Shown one piece after another: positions 27,888 to 40,677 of a stretch of DNA of 64,000 bases. Location: contig NW_021832981.1 of assembly GCF_006345805.1 (NCBI RefSeq), positions 1 through 64,000 on the forward strand. The letters run 5' to 3'. Numbering within the stretch: the stretch's first letter is position 1; every line of letters starts with the position of its first letter. This stretch comes from Octopus sinensis. Lineage: Eukaryota. A program made the translations under genes and the position numbers. The notes beneath the pieces were generated by a model, which saw only the letters and a program-made list of their open reading frames with translations, was not told the DNA's origin and did no database searches.

Positions 27888-28226
27888 ATAATATCCTAAA
27901 ATATTTCTGAATTGATTTTGAAGAAGGTATTCTTTGTATTTCACATTCGTAATGACCCTCATCGCTACAAGTTATCTTTGACAAAGTTAGAGACACTTTC
28001 ACATTGCCCGAATGAAGACTGTGTACCTCTGTCTTGACGCGTTTCATATAATGTGGATCTAACCAAGCAGGGCCTGTGCTGTTGTTGACATGAACCAAGG
28101 GTACCTTTCCTTTTTTAAATGCAACACCGTAAACGTGTGATTTGTAATAATCGCTACACGTCATCGTAACGTTTGCTTTTCCTGATGCGAGAGTGCCTCG
28201 AATTTTGAAGTCAAGTGCTCCATTGT
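27888..28226 (-). CDS. Internal coding exon encoding one Ig-like (V/I-set) extracellular domain of an unidentified IgSF protein
   Basis: Minus strand has pyrimidine-rich acceptor ...tttttatatgtttcag|AC AAT GGA and donor TTA T|gtaagt. Length 339 bp (113 codons), phase 1-1 symmetric, as is typical for Ig-domain exons. Translation DNGALDFKIRG...VTMTC...GVAFKK...VSLTLSKITCSDEGHYECEIQ...KYFRIL has a B-strand Cys, a DxGxYxC F-strand motif 70 residues later, and sequons NVT, NNS, NST. Confidence 0.87.
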
Positions 28227-29324
28227 CTGAAACATATAAAAATGAAAAAAAAAAATCTGGTAGTTTTCGTATGACCATTTCCTGTTTCCAAAGAATTATA
28301 CGTAAATTGCAGTTGAAAAATTAAAAATAAATACATGCATTGACATGAAAAATCAGGCTCTTAAAATAGAAGAGAAAGGTTCTACAGATTTTTATGAGAG
28401 ACATATAGTTAATTCGCGTTGCGTTAGGATGTGATTTCGATTACGGGACCGGGCTCTGCGTTGCGTGCTTGAGCAAGCCACTTTATGTTACGTTGCTCTA
28501 GCTACTAAATGAATACTAGAATCACTTAAGAATTCGGGTTATTGTGACACGTGTCCTGTTCCCTGAGAAGTCCGGTATTTTCAGTCGTTTAAACGCATTG
28601 AAAACTGCTATACTACCCGGCTTAACAGATCTAGGTTCGATACCTGCACTTTAACCTTTATAGATTTTTTTACATAGTTTGTGGATATTAAATTTCTTTT
28701 TAAATAATATTTCTTGTTTTTGTATAGTAATTCACTGAAGTTTATGGCTTACTTAGTTTATCGATTCTAAAAGGAGTTTTAAGGTAAAATTAGTCCTGGG
28801 CAAATAAAACTTATAATATAACAACAATATTTGATCACCTGAAAATGAAAATGACTATATCTAAAACAGGTATTATAGCATCTATATTTGAGAATTTCTT
28901 AATTGTTATCAGAGTGAGAAGTGAAATTAATCCGAGCGTTAATTGATCCTTAAATGGAATCCCCAAACTTCTTAATTCTGCTCTTTATCATCAAATTGTT
29001 CTTAATTGCCCGGTTAGCAATTTGTATAGTTGCCTCGTAAATAAAAGGTCTAGAGTAGGCACCATCCCAACATATGAGTAGTAAACGTTTACTGTTTATG
29101 TAACAATCATTACAGTAGTAGTTTACTGCGACACACATAAAGCTGATTATCGGATTTGTAATATGACAAATCACAGGGATCCTAGGGAAACCAATAATTC
29201 CATAGGCGTTTAACTGTGAAGCGAAATCACTGTTAATTCAGGCAAATTCCGCTGTCGATCGAGACGTCTAAAAAGAAGACGACATTGCAGGGCATAGAAA
29301 AATTGAGGGCATACCCAAAAGGCG

Positions 29325-29878
29325 AGTAGTTTGGGGGAGGGGTTAGCCGATTATAGTGACCCCCAATATTCAATTGGTACTTATTTTATCGATCCCGAAA
29401 GGATGAAAGGCAAAGTCGACCTCGGCGGATTTTGAACTCAGAACGTAACGGCAGACGAAATACCGATTTCTTTACTACCCACAAGGGGCTAAACACAGAG
29501 ATGAGAAACAAGGACAGACAAACGGATTAAGTCGATTATATCGACCCCAGTGCGTAACTGGTTCTTGTTTAATCGACGCCGAAAGGATGAAAGGCAAAGT
29601 CGACCTCGGCGGAATTTGAACTCAGAACGTAACGACAGACGAAATACCTATTTCTTTTTTACCCACAAGGGGCTAAACACAGAGGGGACAAACAAGGACA
29701 GACAAACGGATTAAGTCGATTCTATCGACCCCAGTGCGTAACTGGTTCTTGTTTAATCGACGCCGAAAGGATGAAAGGCAAAGTCGACCTCGGCGGAATT
29801 TGAACTAAGAACGTAGCGATAGACGAAATACTGCTAAGCATTTCGCCCGGCGTGCTAACGATTCTGCCAGCTCGCCAC
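29325..29878 (-). mobile_element. SINE family A trimer
   Basis: One head at about 29878, two ~181-bp body-tail1 units, then a body with tail2. Junctions at about 29456-29470 and 29641-29654. Confidence 0.9.
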
Positions 29879-30605
29879 TCTTCTACCATTTCTGCCTTCT
29901 GTCTACCATTTCTAATAGGTAAAACATCCTAATCCCTCACTGGGGACAGCCTGATTCATTATGGTGAAGCAGTCGTACCTCGCAATCTTCCAGCCGACAA
30001 TATCGCACCAAGTATAGTAATATGAAGTCCATACATTATTAAGAGATAGACTACCACCATCTTTTATAACGAGATTTCGAAAGAAGCGGACGGGAAAAAG
30101 ACGTATTCAGACGACGCAAGACTTTCACACCAGAATTATTTTGCCTTTGTGAATGATACGCTTCACTGTTGTCAAACTACGACAGCGTTCATGACAGAGC
30201 ATATTGTCATCAATATCAATGTAGAAGAGGTTGAAAACAAGAATTTCCAGCGAGAAGATGGATGATCATTTAAATGCTAGACAATATATCTTGGGAATTT
30301 ACATACGAGCCATTCATCATTTCCTGACACGACAAATGAAGTATCAATAAGAGAGAATTGTATTGCGGTCATCTTGAAGAGTTAAAAGAAAATATTCATA
30401 GCGCCATTGCTAAGAATGCAAAGAAAAAAAAAAGGTAGGGTGTTGCAGAATCTTAACTCTTTTGAGACACAAGGTGTTTTGGTATGTGTACACAAACGAC
30501 CAATCTTTTTTTTTTTTTTCTCTGTTGCGATACATGTTCTGAAAGACGATCTCTGATTAGCTATTACACATCAAAACCAACCATTCACAACATTTGTTCT
30601 ATCGG

Positions 30606-30977
30606 GACGGCAGAAACGTTAGCGCGCTACGTTCTGAGTTCAAATTCCGCCGAGGTCGACTTTGCCTTTCGCCTTTCAGGGTCGATAAATTAAGTACCAG
30701 TTACGCACTGGGGTCGATATTATCGTATTAATAGCCATGTCTGTCCTTGTTTGTCCCCTCTATGTTTAGTCCCTTGTGGGTAATGAAGAAATAGGTATTT
30801 CGTCTGCCGCTACGTTCTGAGTTCAAAATCCGCCGAGGTCGACTTTGCCTTTCATCCTTTCGGGGTCGATAAATAAAGTACCAGTTTCGCACTGGATTCG
30901 ATGTAATCGACTTAATCCGTTTGTCCGTCCTTGTTTGTCCCCTCTATGTTTAGCCCCTTGTGGGTAGTAAAGAAATA
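30606..30977 (+). mobile_element. SINE family A dimer
   Basis: Two body-tail1 units joined at gaaataggtatttc (30788-30801). Confidence 0.88.
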
Positions 30978-31136
30978 TACATAATCTGAGATGATATGGG
31001 GAACTAGCTTAACAAAATAGTAGTTTACATTGGTACTAAGACAAGTTTGTTCAGTAAATGTTGAAAGATAAGGGAAAATATGCAGAAAAATAATTAACAT
31101 AAGGAAACGATTCATCATAACTATATTATCCCGAAC

Positions 31137-31521
31137 GTGGAGGCGCAATGGCCCAATGGTTAGGGCAGCGGACTCGCGGTCATAGGATCGCGGTTTCGAT
31201 TCCCAGACCGGGCGTTGTGAGTGTTTATTGAACGAAAACACCTAAAAGCTCCACGAGGCTCCGGCAGGTGATGGTGGTGATCCCTGCTGTACTCTTTCAC
31301 CACAACTTTCTCTCACTCTTACTTCCTGTTTCTGTTGTACCTGTATTTCAAGGGGCCGGCCTTGTCACTCTCTGTGTCACGCTGAATATCCCCGAGAACT
31401 ACGTTAAGGGTACACGTATCTGTGGAGTGCTCAGCCACTTACACGTTAATTTCACGAGCAGGCTGTTCCGTTGATTCGGATCAACCGGAACCCTCATCGT
31501 CGCAACCGACGGAGTGCTTCC
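31137..31521 (+). mobile_element. Full-length SINE family C with TSD
   Basis: TSD attatcccgaac at 31125-31136 and 31522-31533. Confidence 0.92.
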
Positions 31522-32747
31522 ATTATCCCGAACGAAGAGATGGAAGTTACAATATCACTTGGACTTGGATTTGAACTCAGAACCTAACAAAGAGATATGA
31601 GCCCTTGCAAGTTTTTTGAAAACAGTTTTGAATATTTATTCCTACATAAGGTGTCGAGTTGGCAGATTCGTTACTGCACCGGGCGAAAATGTATGTCCTG
31701 ATTTGGTCGTTCTGAGTTCAAATTCCGCCGACGCCGATTTTAGTTTTTATCCTTTAGATGGTGGTGGTGGGGGTCGATAAATTAAATACGGGTGAAACAC
31801 TGGAGTCGATGTAATCTACGTACCAAAGCTTGAAACCAGTATTCATTCCAGCAATAACTATTTCTTATTTAGATACAAAGGCAGCAAATGTTAGGAAAGT
31901 TAACTAAAAATTACTATCGATTTAGGACTTGACTGGGTTCTTTATTTGATCGACCCCCACAAAGGATGAAAGGCAAAGTTACCCTCGGTGAGATTTGAAA
32001 TGGGAACATAAAGACTCGGAAGAAAATAGCATAAAATATTTTATCCCACACTTCGAAACTTTTACCCTCTCGGGTCACCCAGGCCGATTGATCGGCCCAA
32101 GTGATACAAGCTGAAAGAACTTTGTTTAACAGTAAAACAGCAGAATTCTGAAAAATTACTGACGGGCCTATGTCACTATGTCAGTAAATAGTAAGTAAAC
32201 ATGGCTCAGAACGGAATATATTTTACCTCGCGGCAAAATAATTTATTCCGGTTTGCGAATTATCCTATTGCACACTTCATCATATTTCACTGTCACTTAC
32301 AAGTGAGTATGAATTAGTTATATATACCCGACTCTCGCTAATTGTTCAGTGCGTTTATGTCGTTGCAAGCAAAAATCGATGCTTTCTCGGCACCCTCACT
32401 CTTTATCTAGCGGAGCCTCCAGGATGTGACAGGATTTGTGTGTGTATGTATGTATGCGTGAGAGAGAGAGAGAGAGAGAGAGAAAGAAAGAGAGTGTGTG
32501 TGTATAAGAGAAAGTGTCTGTTAGAGAGCGTGTGTGTGAGAGAGAGCGTGTTTATGTGTATGTGAGAGAGTGTGTATGTGTGAGAGAGAGTGTGTGTGTG
32601 AGAGAGGCTGCGTGTGTAAGAGAGATAGAGAGTGTGTGTGAGAGAGAGGGTGTGTGTAAGGGAGAGAGAGTGTGTGTGAGAGAGAGAGAGAGTGTATGTG
32701 TGCGAGACAGAGAGAGAAAGTCTGTATGTGTGAGAGAGAGCGTGTGT

Positions 32748-32780
<33 letters not shown>

Positions 32781-33867
32781 GAAAAGAGGTGACTTCATCA
32801 GCTCACGGCTGGTGATTATTTACGGTTCAGTAGACTGGGGCAACGTGAGATGAATTGTCTTGAAAGGAAACGGCGTGTGGATCGATCCAGGAATTGAACC
32901 CATGATCTCATCATCAGTGGAACACCCTTGACGCGTTTTTACTGCTTCCTTTTATATTTTGCTCGTTTCACTTACAATAAGGGAACCATGCCGGGGGCGG
33001 TGCCTTGAAGGGTTTAGTCGAACAAATCGACTCCAGTTATTAGGCGGTGATAGGGGACAGACAGACAGACACAGACACACACATACACGATGGGTTTGCA
33101 TACAGTTTCTACCTACAATTTTAACGTGTACCGCTCAATTTCTCTTTGAGAGTTTGCATTTTTCTTTTTTTTCTTAGTTGTGAACAACTAATTATCAGTT
33201 ATATATGTGCTTATGTGTATACACACAATTATATACCTATATATGCCTGCGTAGGGGTGTCTATATGTCTCTGTGTATGAATACACCAGCACGTAAAATA
33301 TTGTCCTACCGTTTACACGTACATTAAAGTCCTATGTCATACAATGCTTTTTCATTGAATGTTCAAGATATTTTTGTGTAACACAAGTACAAAGAAAATA
33401 AATTTCCTCATCCGCCGTGTATCTCGATCTCTTTAAGCTAACGACCTGAAATCAAACTCTGCTGCTGACGAAGATGAAAAACACTCGAAAATCATGGATC
33501 AACTTCGTTGTTGAAATTTTTTGTTGTGTGAGTTTTGTCCTCTTTATGATGTCTATATTTCCACGCGATTGTTTGAAACCTGGACTAATCAGAGAAAAGA
33601 ACATGCTGCCAGGAATATTTTACGGCCTAACATTTCCTTTGCTCAGACTTTTCCAGGCTTTTCACTCATCGTTCCAACCTTCTCCGTGCATAGATATTAC
33701 AAAAGTCCTTCTTCATATACATAGATTTGGTGATACAAACAGGAAATGAGGACTCAATACATGAGTATGTATATATGTATGCAGGCATGTATGTATGTAT
33801 ATGAATATATGTATTAATATACATATATATCTGTATATCAATATTTGTATATATGAGGGTATGTCTT

Positions 33868-33944
<77 letters not shown>

Positions 33945-34192
33945 ACACACACACATAATATACATTTCTATACATACATGTATGCATACATACATACATA
34001 CAGGCTTGCATAAACATCGTATTATTAATCGGCATAGGTTACGTAGTGACTGAAAAGTTTGGGATTGTTGGTATGGCTGTTTTTGTATATGTGGAATAGC
34101 ATCATATCATATTCTTTTGATATATATATAAGTGTGTGTGTGTGTATGTATACAATGGATAAATTGTCGCCACTTTATGTTTTTAATATATG

Positions 34193-34230
<38 letters not shown>

Positions 34231-34252
34231 TATGTATGTATATATATACATA

Positions 34253-34300
<48 letters not shown>

Positions 34301-34377
34301 TATATACATATGAATTATAAATCTCTGAGTCAGACGTGTAACAGTAGCAGCTCGAAATCGTAAACTGTATTTACCAC

Positions 34378-34683
34378 TTAAATGTGGCGGACCGACTGAG
34401 GACGATGCTACTGTTGTTTATAGCCCCAGGAAGACATCTCCTCCAGCCGGCTAACGACACACAATCGGTGTCCGATTAGTATTTGCGAGGGGAAATCTTC
34501 GTTCCAATCTCTAGCCTTACGTGATACACACGTACCCGGGTTTCTGAGAAGTAACCCGTCATACATACGCTGACGCACATATTAATCGGACACAGATAAT
34601 ATGTCGTTAGCTAGCTGGATGAGATGTCTTCCTAGGGCTATAAATAAGAGTAGCATCGTTCCCTATGGGTCCATCACATTTAG
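34378..34683. mobile_element. Older palindromic MITE-like element
   Basis: Imperfect inverted arms of about 100 bp, e.g. gacgatgctactgttgtttatagccccaggaagacatctc versus gagatgtcttcctagggctataaataagagtagcatcgtt. Confidence 0.8.
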
Positions 34684-35462
34684 GTAGGAAATATACTTCA
34701 CGATATATATACAAATGTGTGTGTGTGTGTGTATAATTATATTTATAAGTAACCATACATATATTCTATATCATAGATATGCGTATATATGCATATATAT
34801 TATACATACATATTCACACACATACATATACACACACACACACACACACATACATACACACATATATGTATACATGTATCGGTTGTATGATAAAAGAAAA
34901 ATCAAGGATTTGACATTTTCAGTCAGGTACAGAAGAAGCATAATAAAGAAAAACGAAAATAGTAAGGAATCTGCCAAAAAAGAAAATGGTATTAGAATGG
35001 CAAGACTGTCCACCACAATAAATAAAATTGTCATGAACTGTTTATTATATCTGCCAGCGACAATAGCAACACACAACATTGAACAGCTATCAACGAGGTA
35101 GACTCTATGTCACTTGGCGTCCCACTAGACACGGCAGACATTTTTTTTACCTCTTTTCATATCATAATGCACCTATTTTCTATATGATATTAGATCATAG
35201 GTCTGCGCAAGTAGGTCAGAGTTGGGGATATAAAGCAGTAGCAGCAGTGTCAGTGTTAGTAGTGACAGCAACAACAGCAGCAGTGGAGGCGCAATGGCCC
35301 AGGGGTTAGGGCAGCGCACTCGCGGTCGTAAGAACGCGGTTTCGATTCCCAGACCTCGGCGGAATTTGAACTCAGAACGTAGCGGCAGGCGAAATACCGC
35401 TAAGCATTTCGCCCAGCGTGCTAACGCGTCTGCTAGCTCGCCGCCTCCAAAATTGATTTCAA

Positions 35463-35529
<67 letters not shown>

Positions 35530-35869
35530 TAATAATAATAATAATAGTAATAATAGTAATAATAATAATCCTGTCTACTAAAGGCACAAGACCTGAAATT
35601 TTCGGAAAGTGCACTAGTCGATTACATCGACCCCAGTTTTTCACGGTTACTTAATTTACCGACCTCGGGGTCGGTAAATTAAGTAACCGTGAAAAACTGG
35701 GGTCGATGGATGAAAGGCTAAGTCGAGTTCGGCGGAATTTGAACTCAGAACATGAAGACGGACGAAGTGCTGTGAAGCATTTTTGTCCGGCGTCATTACG
35801 GATTCTGCCAGCTCACAGTCTCAACCAGAACGACAATAATGGTAACCGTTACAAGTAGTGACATGCTTA

Positions 35870-36213
35870 GACACTACTACCATCACCACCGTCGCCGCCG
35901 CCACCACCACTAGATGCTTCATTGGTATTATAGCGCCACCACCAACACCACAACAACAGTAACAACCACCACCACTACCACCACCACAAGCACCAAACGA
36001 CAATAGCAATACCAGCAGCAGTAGCAGCAGCACCTTCATCAACACCACCGCCATGACGCCGCCGCAACCGCCACCACCGCCACCACCACCACCACCGCCA
36101 CCACCACCACCACAACCAGCACCACCAGCACCAGCACCACCACCACAACCACCACAACCAGCACCACCAGCACCACCACCGCCACCACCACCACCACAAC
36201 CAGCACCACCACC

Positions 36214-36244
<31 letters not shown>

Positions 36245-36294
36245 CAACACCACAACCAGCACCAACCACCACCACCGCCACCACCACCACCACA

Positions 36295-36325
<31 letters not shown>

Positions 36326-36690
36326 CAACCACCACAACCAGCACCACCACCACCACCACCACCACCGCCACCACCACCACCACCACCACCGCCACCACCA
36401 CCACCACAACCAGCACCACCACCACCACCGCCACCACCACCACCACCACAACCAGCACCACCGCCACCACCACCACCACCACAACCACCACCACCACCAC
36501 TGCCGCCAACACCACCACTACCACCAACTCTACCACCACCGCAGCCGCCGACCCCACCAGCACCAGCACCACCACCACCACCAGCACCAGTACCACCAGC
36601 ACCACCACCAGCAGCACCACCATCACTATCTACACAGCAACAACACCAACGACACCAACAACACCATCAACAACAACAGCAGCTGTAGTT
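35870..36690. repeat. (CCA)n-based trinucleotide array with recurring ccaccacaaccagca sub-units
   Basis: Direct reading; no stop codons in several frames purely from base composition. Confidence 0.9.
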
Positions 36691-37037
36691 GAAAAGTACC
36701 AAACGAAAACGTATAACGGAATGTTTGTGTTGTTTGCTTTGAAAACAGCAATTACATTGTTAGAGAGACGACGATCAATTCCTAAGACAAGACATGTTCT
36801 GGCAGCCAACCTGGCGTCGCCAAACGCCGTAAGTCTGCCATTTCCAAGAGATGACCATCACCATCAATACCACCGCCGCCGCCGCCGCTACCGCCGCCTC
36901 CATCACTACTAATACTACTACTACTACTACCACCCCTTCTACTAGCACTAATACCAATACTACGATCACAAAAGGAACAGAGCGACCACACACGTATGCT
37001 CTCTCTCTCTCTCACTGACGAACACGCACATACATAG

Positions 37038-37072
<35 letters not shown>

Positions 37073-37166
37073 GCTGCTGCTGCAACTACTGATACTACTA
37101 CTTATCTGTTTGCTATTTAATTTCAAAGGCCATTTATTTTTGCCTTGGCGCAAATGTATGAGAATA

Positions 37167-37262
<96 letters not shown>

Positions 37263-37279
37263 GTTTGTCTATCTGTCTA

Positions 37280-37315
<36 letters not shown>

Positions 37316-37416
37316 TCCGAGTGGATAGCGCTACAGAAGATTTGGCAGGCTGAAACTGAAAGAAGCCCGTCAAACATACATACATACATACATACAGACA
37401 TACATACATACATACA

Positions 37417-37447
<31 letters not shown>

Positions 37448-38297
37448 GCATTTCGTCCAGGAAGTTAATATTACTCTACCTCCGGTATTCGAGTACTATT
37501 TTTCCCAACCTTGTTTCACATATATGTGATTACTCTGATATGCATACACACATATATACGTGTGTGTGTATGTGTGTGTGTGTGTGTATGTATGTATGTG
37601 TGTATGTGTGTAAAGATATATTGCTTAAGTATTGCGAGTCTAATTACCTGATGTATAACTCAGCCTGATAGACAAATATAGAGTGGTAATAAGAAAAAAA
37701 AAAGATGTCAAAGTAAAAACGATTATGTTATGTAGTTCAGTAGCTTACAGGTGTTTCCGCTATAAGATGCAGTGGACTAATAGTTGAGCGCCTGAATAAC
37801 ACCTTATCACTTATCGGGGGTAGCATATGGAGTACAGAGCAAAGTGGCAATAATAAATGTCAAAAGAACACGAATTACACAATTAATTAACCTAAAGATC
37901 CTCCAGCAAAGCGAACGAAACAATGCTAACTCGATTATCCTCAGATCCAGAATAAATTTGAGGATGCAGACTGAATATTGGAGTTAACAAGACATCCAGC
38001 TAAATATGTTGAAAGTTCGTGTATTGTAAGTGCGGTGTTGCATTCGTATATATTAACCTGTGTTAATGTTATAGACACACCTCACAAGGGCCAACTAGGC
38101 CATTTCTACTTACTGACTAGACTTGCTAGGAATAACAATGAAATCCCCCTCAAAGCATTTTCGAAAAGATGCTTTTGTAAAGGAAAGAATGACACATTCG
38201 GCAGTCTTCCTAGATATATCCACACGCACGCACATAAATATTTCTAAGTTTAGCTGAAAAAAGAAGGCCTTGTCTTTCTAATACTGACCTGCTTGAT

Positions 38298-38717
38298 TTA
38301 CTCTTTACTCTTTTACTCTTTTACTTGTTTCAGTCATTTGACTGCGGCCATGCTGGAGCACCGCCTTTAGTCGAGCAACTCGACCCCGGGACTTATTCTT
38401 TTGTAAGCCTAGTACTTATTATATCGGTCTCTTTTCGCCGAACCGCTAAGTGACGGGGACATAAACACACCAGCATCGGTTGTCAAGCAATGCTAGAGGG
38501 ACAAATACACACAAACATATACACACACATACATATACATATATATATATATCCGACAGGCTTCTTTCAGTTTCCGTTTACCAAATCCACTCACAAGGCA
38601 TTGGTCGGCCCGAGGCTATAGCAAAAGCCACTTGCCCAAGATGCCACGCAGTGGGACTGAACCCGAAGCCATGTGGTTGGTAAACAAGCTATTTACCACA
38701 CAGCCACTCCTGCACCT
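38298..38717 (-). mobile_element. Full-length CORE-type tRNA SINE (family B, OR2-like)
   Basis: Head ggagtggctgtgtggtaa...ggttcagtccc, CORE-like catcttgggcaagtggctt, internal microsatellite, (AGTAAAAG)n tail. Confidence 0.88.
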
Positions 38718-39732
38718 GCTTGAATTACGTAAACAATTCAAATAAATCTCAAAGACAAAGATGCTTATATACATACATGCATGTATACTTATACGCACGT
38801 ATATACTTATGCATACATATATACATACATGCAAACATTCGTACTTGCGACTACTCATAAGTTTTTTGAGTTGCCGTCGCACCATCAATCAACGTTCGTT
38901 GAGAAGAAATAAGATGCGTTACTTAGCAAAGCTAAACATTAAAAATACATGCTAAATAACAGTATTAATATCACAATTGATTCACTCTGGAGAAAAGTGA
39001 TAAAGACAATGAACTATAACAACGAAATTAAAGCAATTGATGCAGAGATAGTGCTGCTGCAACCATTGCACAGACATGCAGTAGACACGAAGAAATAGAA
39101 ATGAGAGAAGGCTTCGAAGAGCCTAAAATAAATTTCACTATTTACCTCAACAAGCTACTAAATGAAAGAACGATTTTGACACGAGCATATTGAAGAAAAA
39201 AAAAGCGGGGAGAGATAGAGAAAGAATATATAAAATTGATGCTATCTGTGATCGATCTAATCGTTGAAGAACACCTAGTACAAATTGAAGCTTCCAGTTT
39301 TTAGACACTGAATATCCTAATGCATTTCTGTTGCAATTATCGTTTGCCAATAGACAGGAGTAACTGAAATCTATCGATTGATAACACAACCAAAATGGAT
39401 TACTTCTCTCCAAAACAACATCGATTGACTAACTAGAAACATCGGACAATTGGGTGTACTATCATTAGATGCAAAGTGAATAATGAATTCCTGTAACACT
39501 AGCTACGGTGTTACGATAGACTATCGAAACTGTACTGGAACTGCCATTATTAGACACAGATAAACATGTTGTCCTTAAACATGAAATACGAGTGGTAAGT
39601 AAAATGTTTTGTTATCACAATAAATTACACGGACTTTGGTTATTATCAATCTAAATTTGCATTAAAACCCTCAAACTGTACACCGCAGTATAAACGGCAA
39701 TATCATCGACGTTTTATATCCTTCTCAGCATG

Positions 39733-40354
39733 TTGATGTTGCTGTTTGTTCCTCCTCGAGCCATGCCTGGCTCATAAGGGCCGGTTTCCCGGTTTCCTTG
39801 GCGTATAGGTTCCCCACCTGGACGGGACGCCGGTCCGTCGCACTTGAGCTGCAAGATGCAGGAGGAAAGGGTGAGAGAAAGTTGTGGCGAAAGAGTCAGC
39901 AGAAGTTTCGCCATTACCTTCTGCCGGAGCCGCGTGGAGCTTAGGTGCTTTGCGCATAAACACACGATGCTCTAACCACTAAGCCATGGGCCTCCACAGT
40001 ACGATTTGTATACTGCCCAATTCTTTAAATGAAACATTAATAGTTTGTTGTTTGTTCCTTCTCGAGGCATGCTCTGGCTCATAAGAGCCGGTTTCCCGGT
40101 TTCCTTGGCGTATAGGTTCCCCACCTGGACGGGATGCCGGTCCGTCGCAGGTGAGCTGCAAGATGCAGGAGGAAAGATTGAGAGAAAGTGGTGGCGAAAG
40201 AGCCGGCTGAAATTTCGCCATTACCTTCTGCCGGAGCCGCGTGGAGCTTAGGTGTTTCGCTCATAAACACACACATCGTCCGGTCTGAGATTCGAACCCG
40301 CGATCTCTCGACCGCGATTCCGCTGCTTTAACCACTAGGCCATGTGCCTCCCAC
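39733..40354 (-). mobile_element. SINE family E dimer bounded by one 15-bp TSD
   Basis: atccttctcagcatg at 39718-39732 and 40355-40369. The downstream monomer (head at 39997) lacks its B box. Confidence 0.85.
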
Positions 40355-40677
40355 ATCCTTCTCAGCATGATCTGGAGTCATTCCTGTTGAAACAGAATCT
40401 GCTATTTAACCAAGCTGTAATATCGATAAATGAGTTATGGAAGGTAGTACTGAATAGACGTCTTTCCTAAAAGAATGACATCAATTGTGAAGCTCTCTCT
40501 CTCAAGATGATGCTACGTCATCATCAGCGGCAGTACAAAATGGTCTGTAAGGTCCTACCTTCTCATAAGACACGTCGCTGTTATTATAACTATTATAACT
40601 ATCTGCAATGCTTGCCATAGAAAGAATAATCGGGGAAGCCATAGTAAAAACTTAGCAGAACAAGAATGTATCCTTAC

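Noticed and set aside
29325-29878. CRISPR-like or satellite array
   Set aside because: Units are ~181-bp SINE bodies with no unique spacers; eukaryotic context and no cas genes.
31137-31210. tRNA genes (also at 5940, 7200, 14990 and 50934)
   Set aside because: A/B boxes are present, but the cloverleaf is incomplete and each head continues into a SINE body.
35821-36688. Poly-Pro, poly-Gly, poly-Trp and poly-Val ORFs as a CDS
   Set aside because: All arise from one CCA array, open in several frames on both strands, with no supporting splice sites.
39147-39413. 88-aa ORF with a hydrophobic end as a signal-peptide exon
   Set aside because: A stop codon (TGA) precedes the nearby donor, so it cannot splice in frame to the Ig exon.
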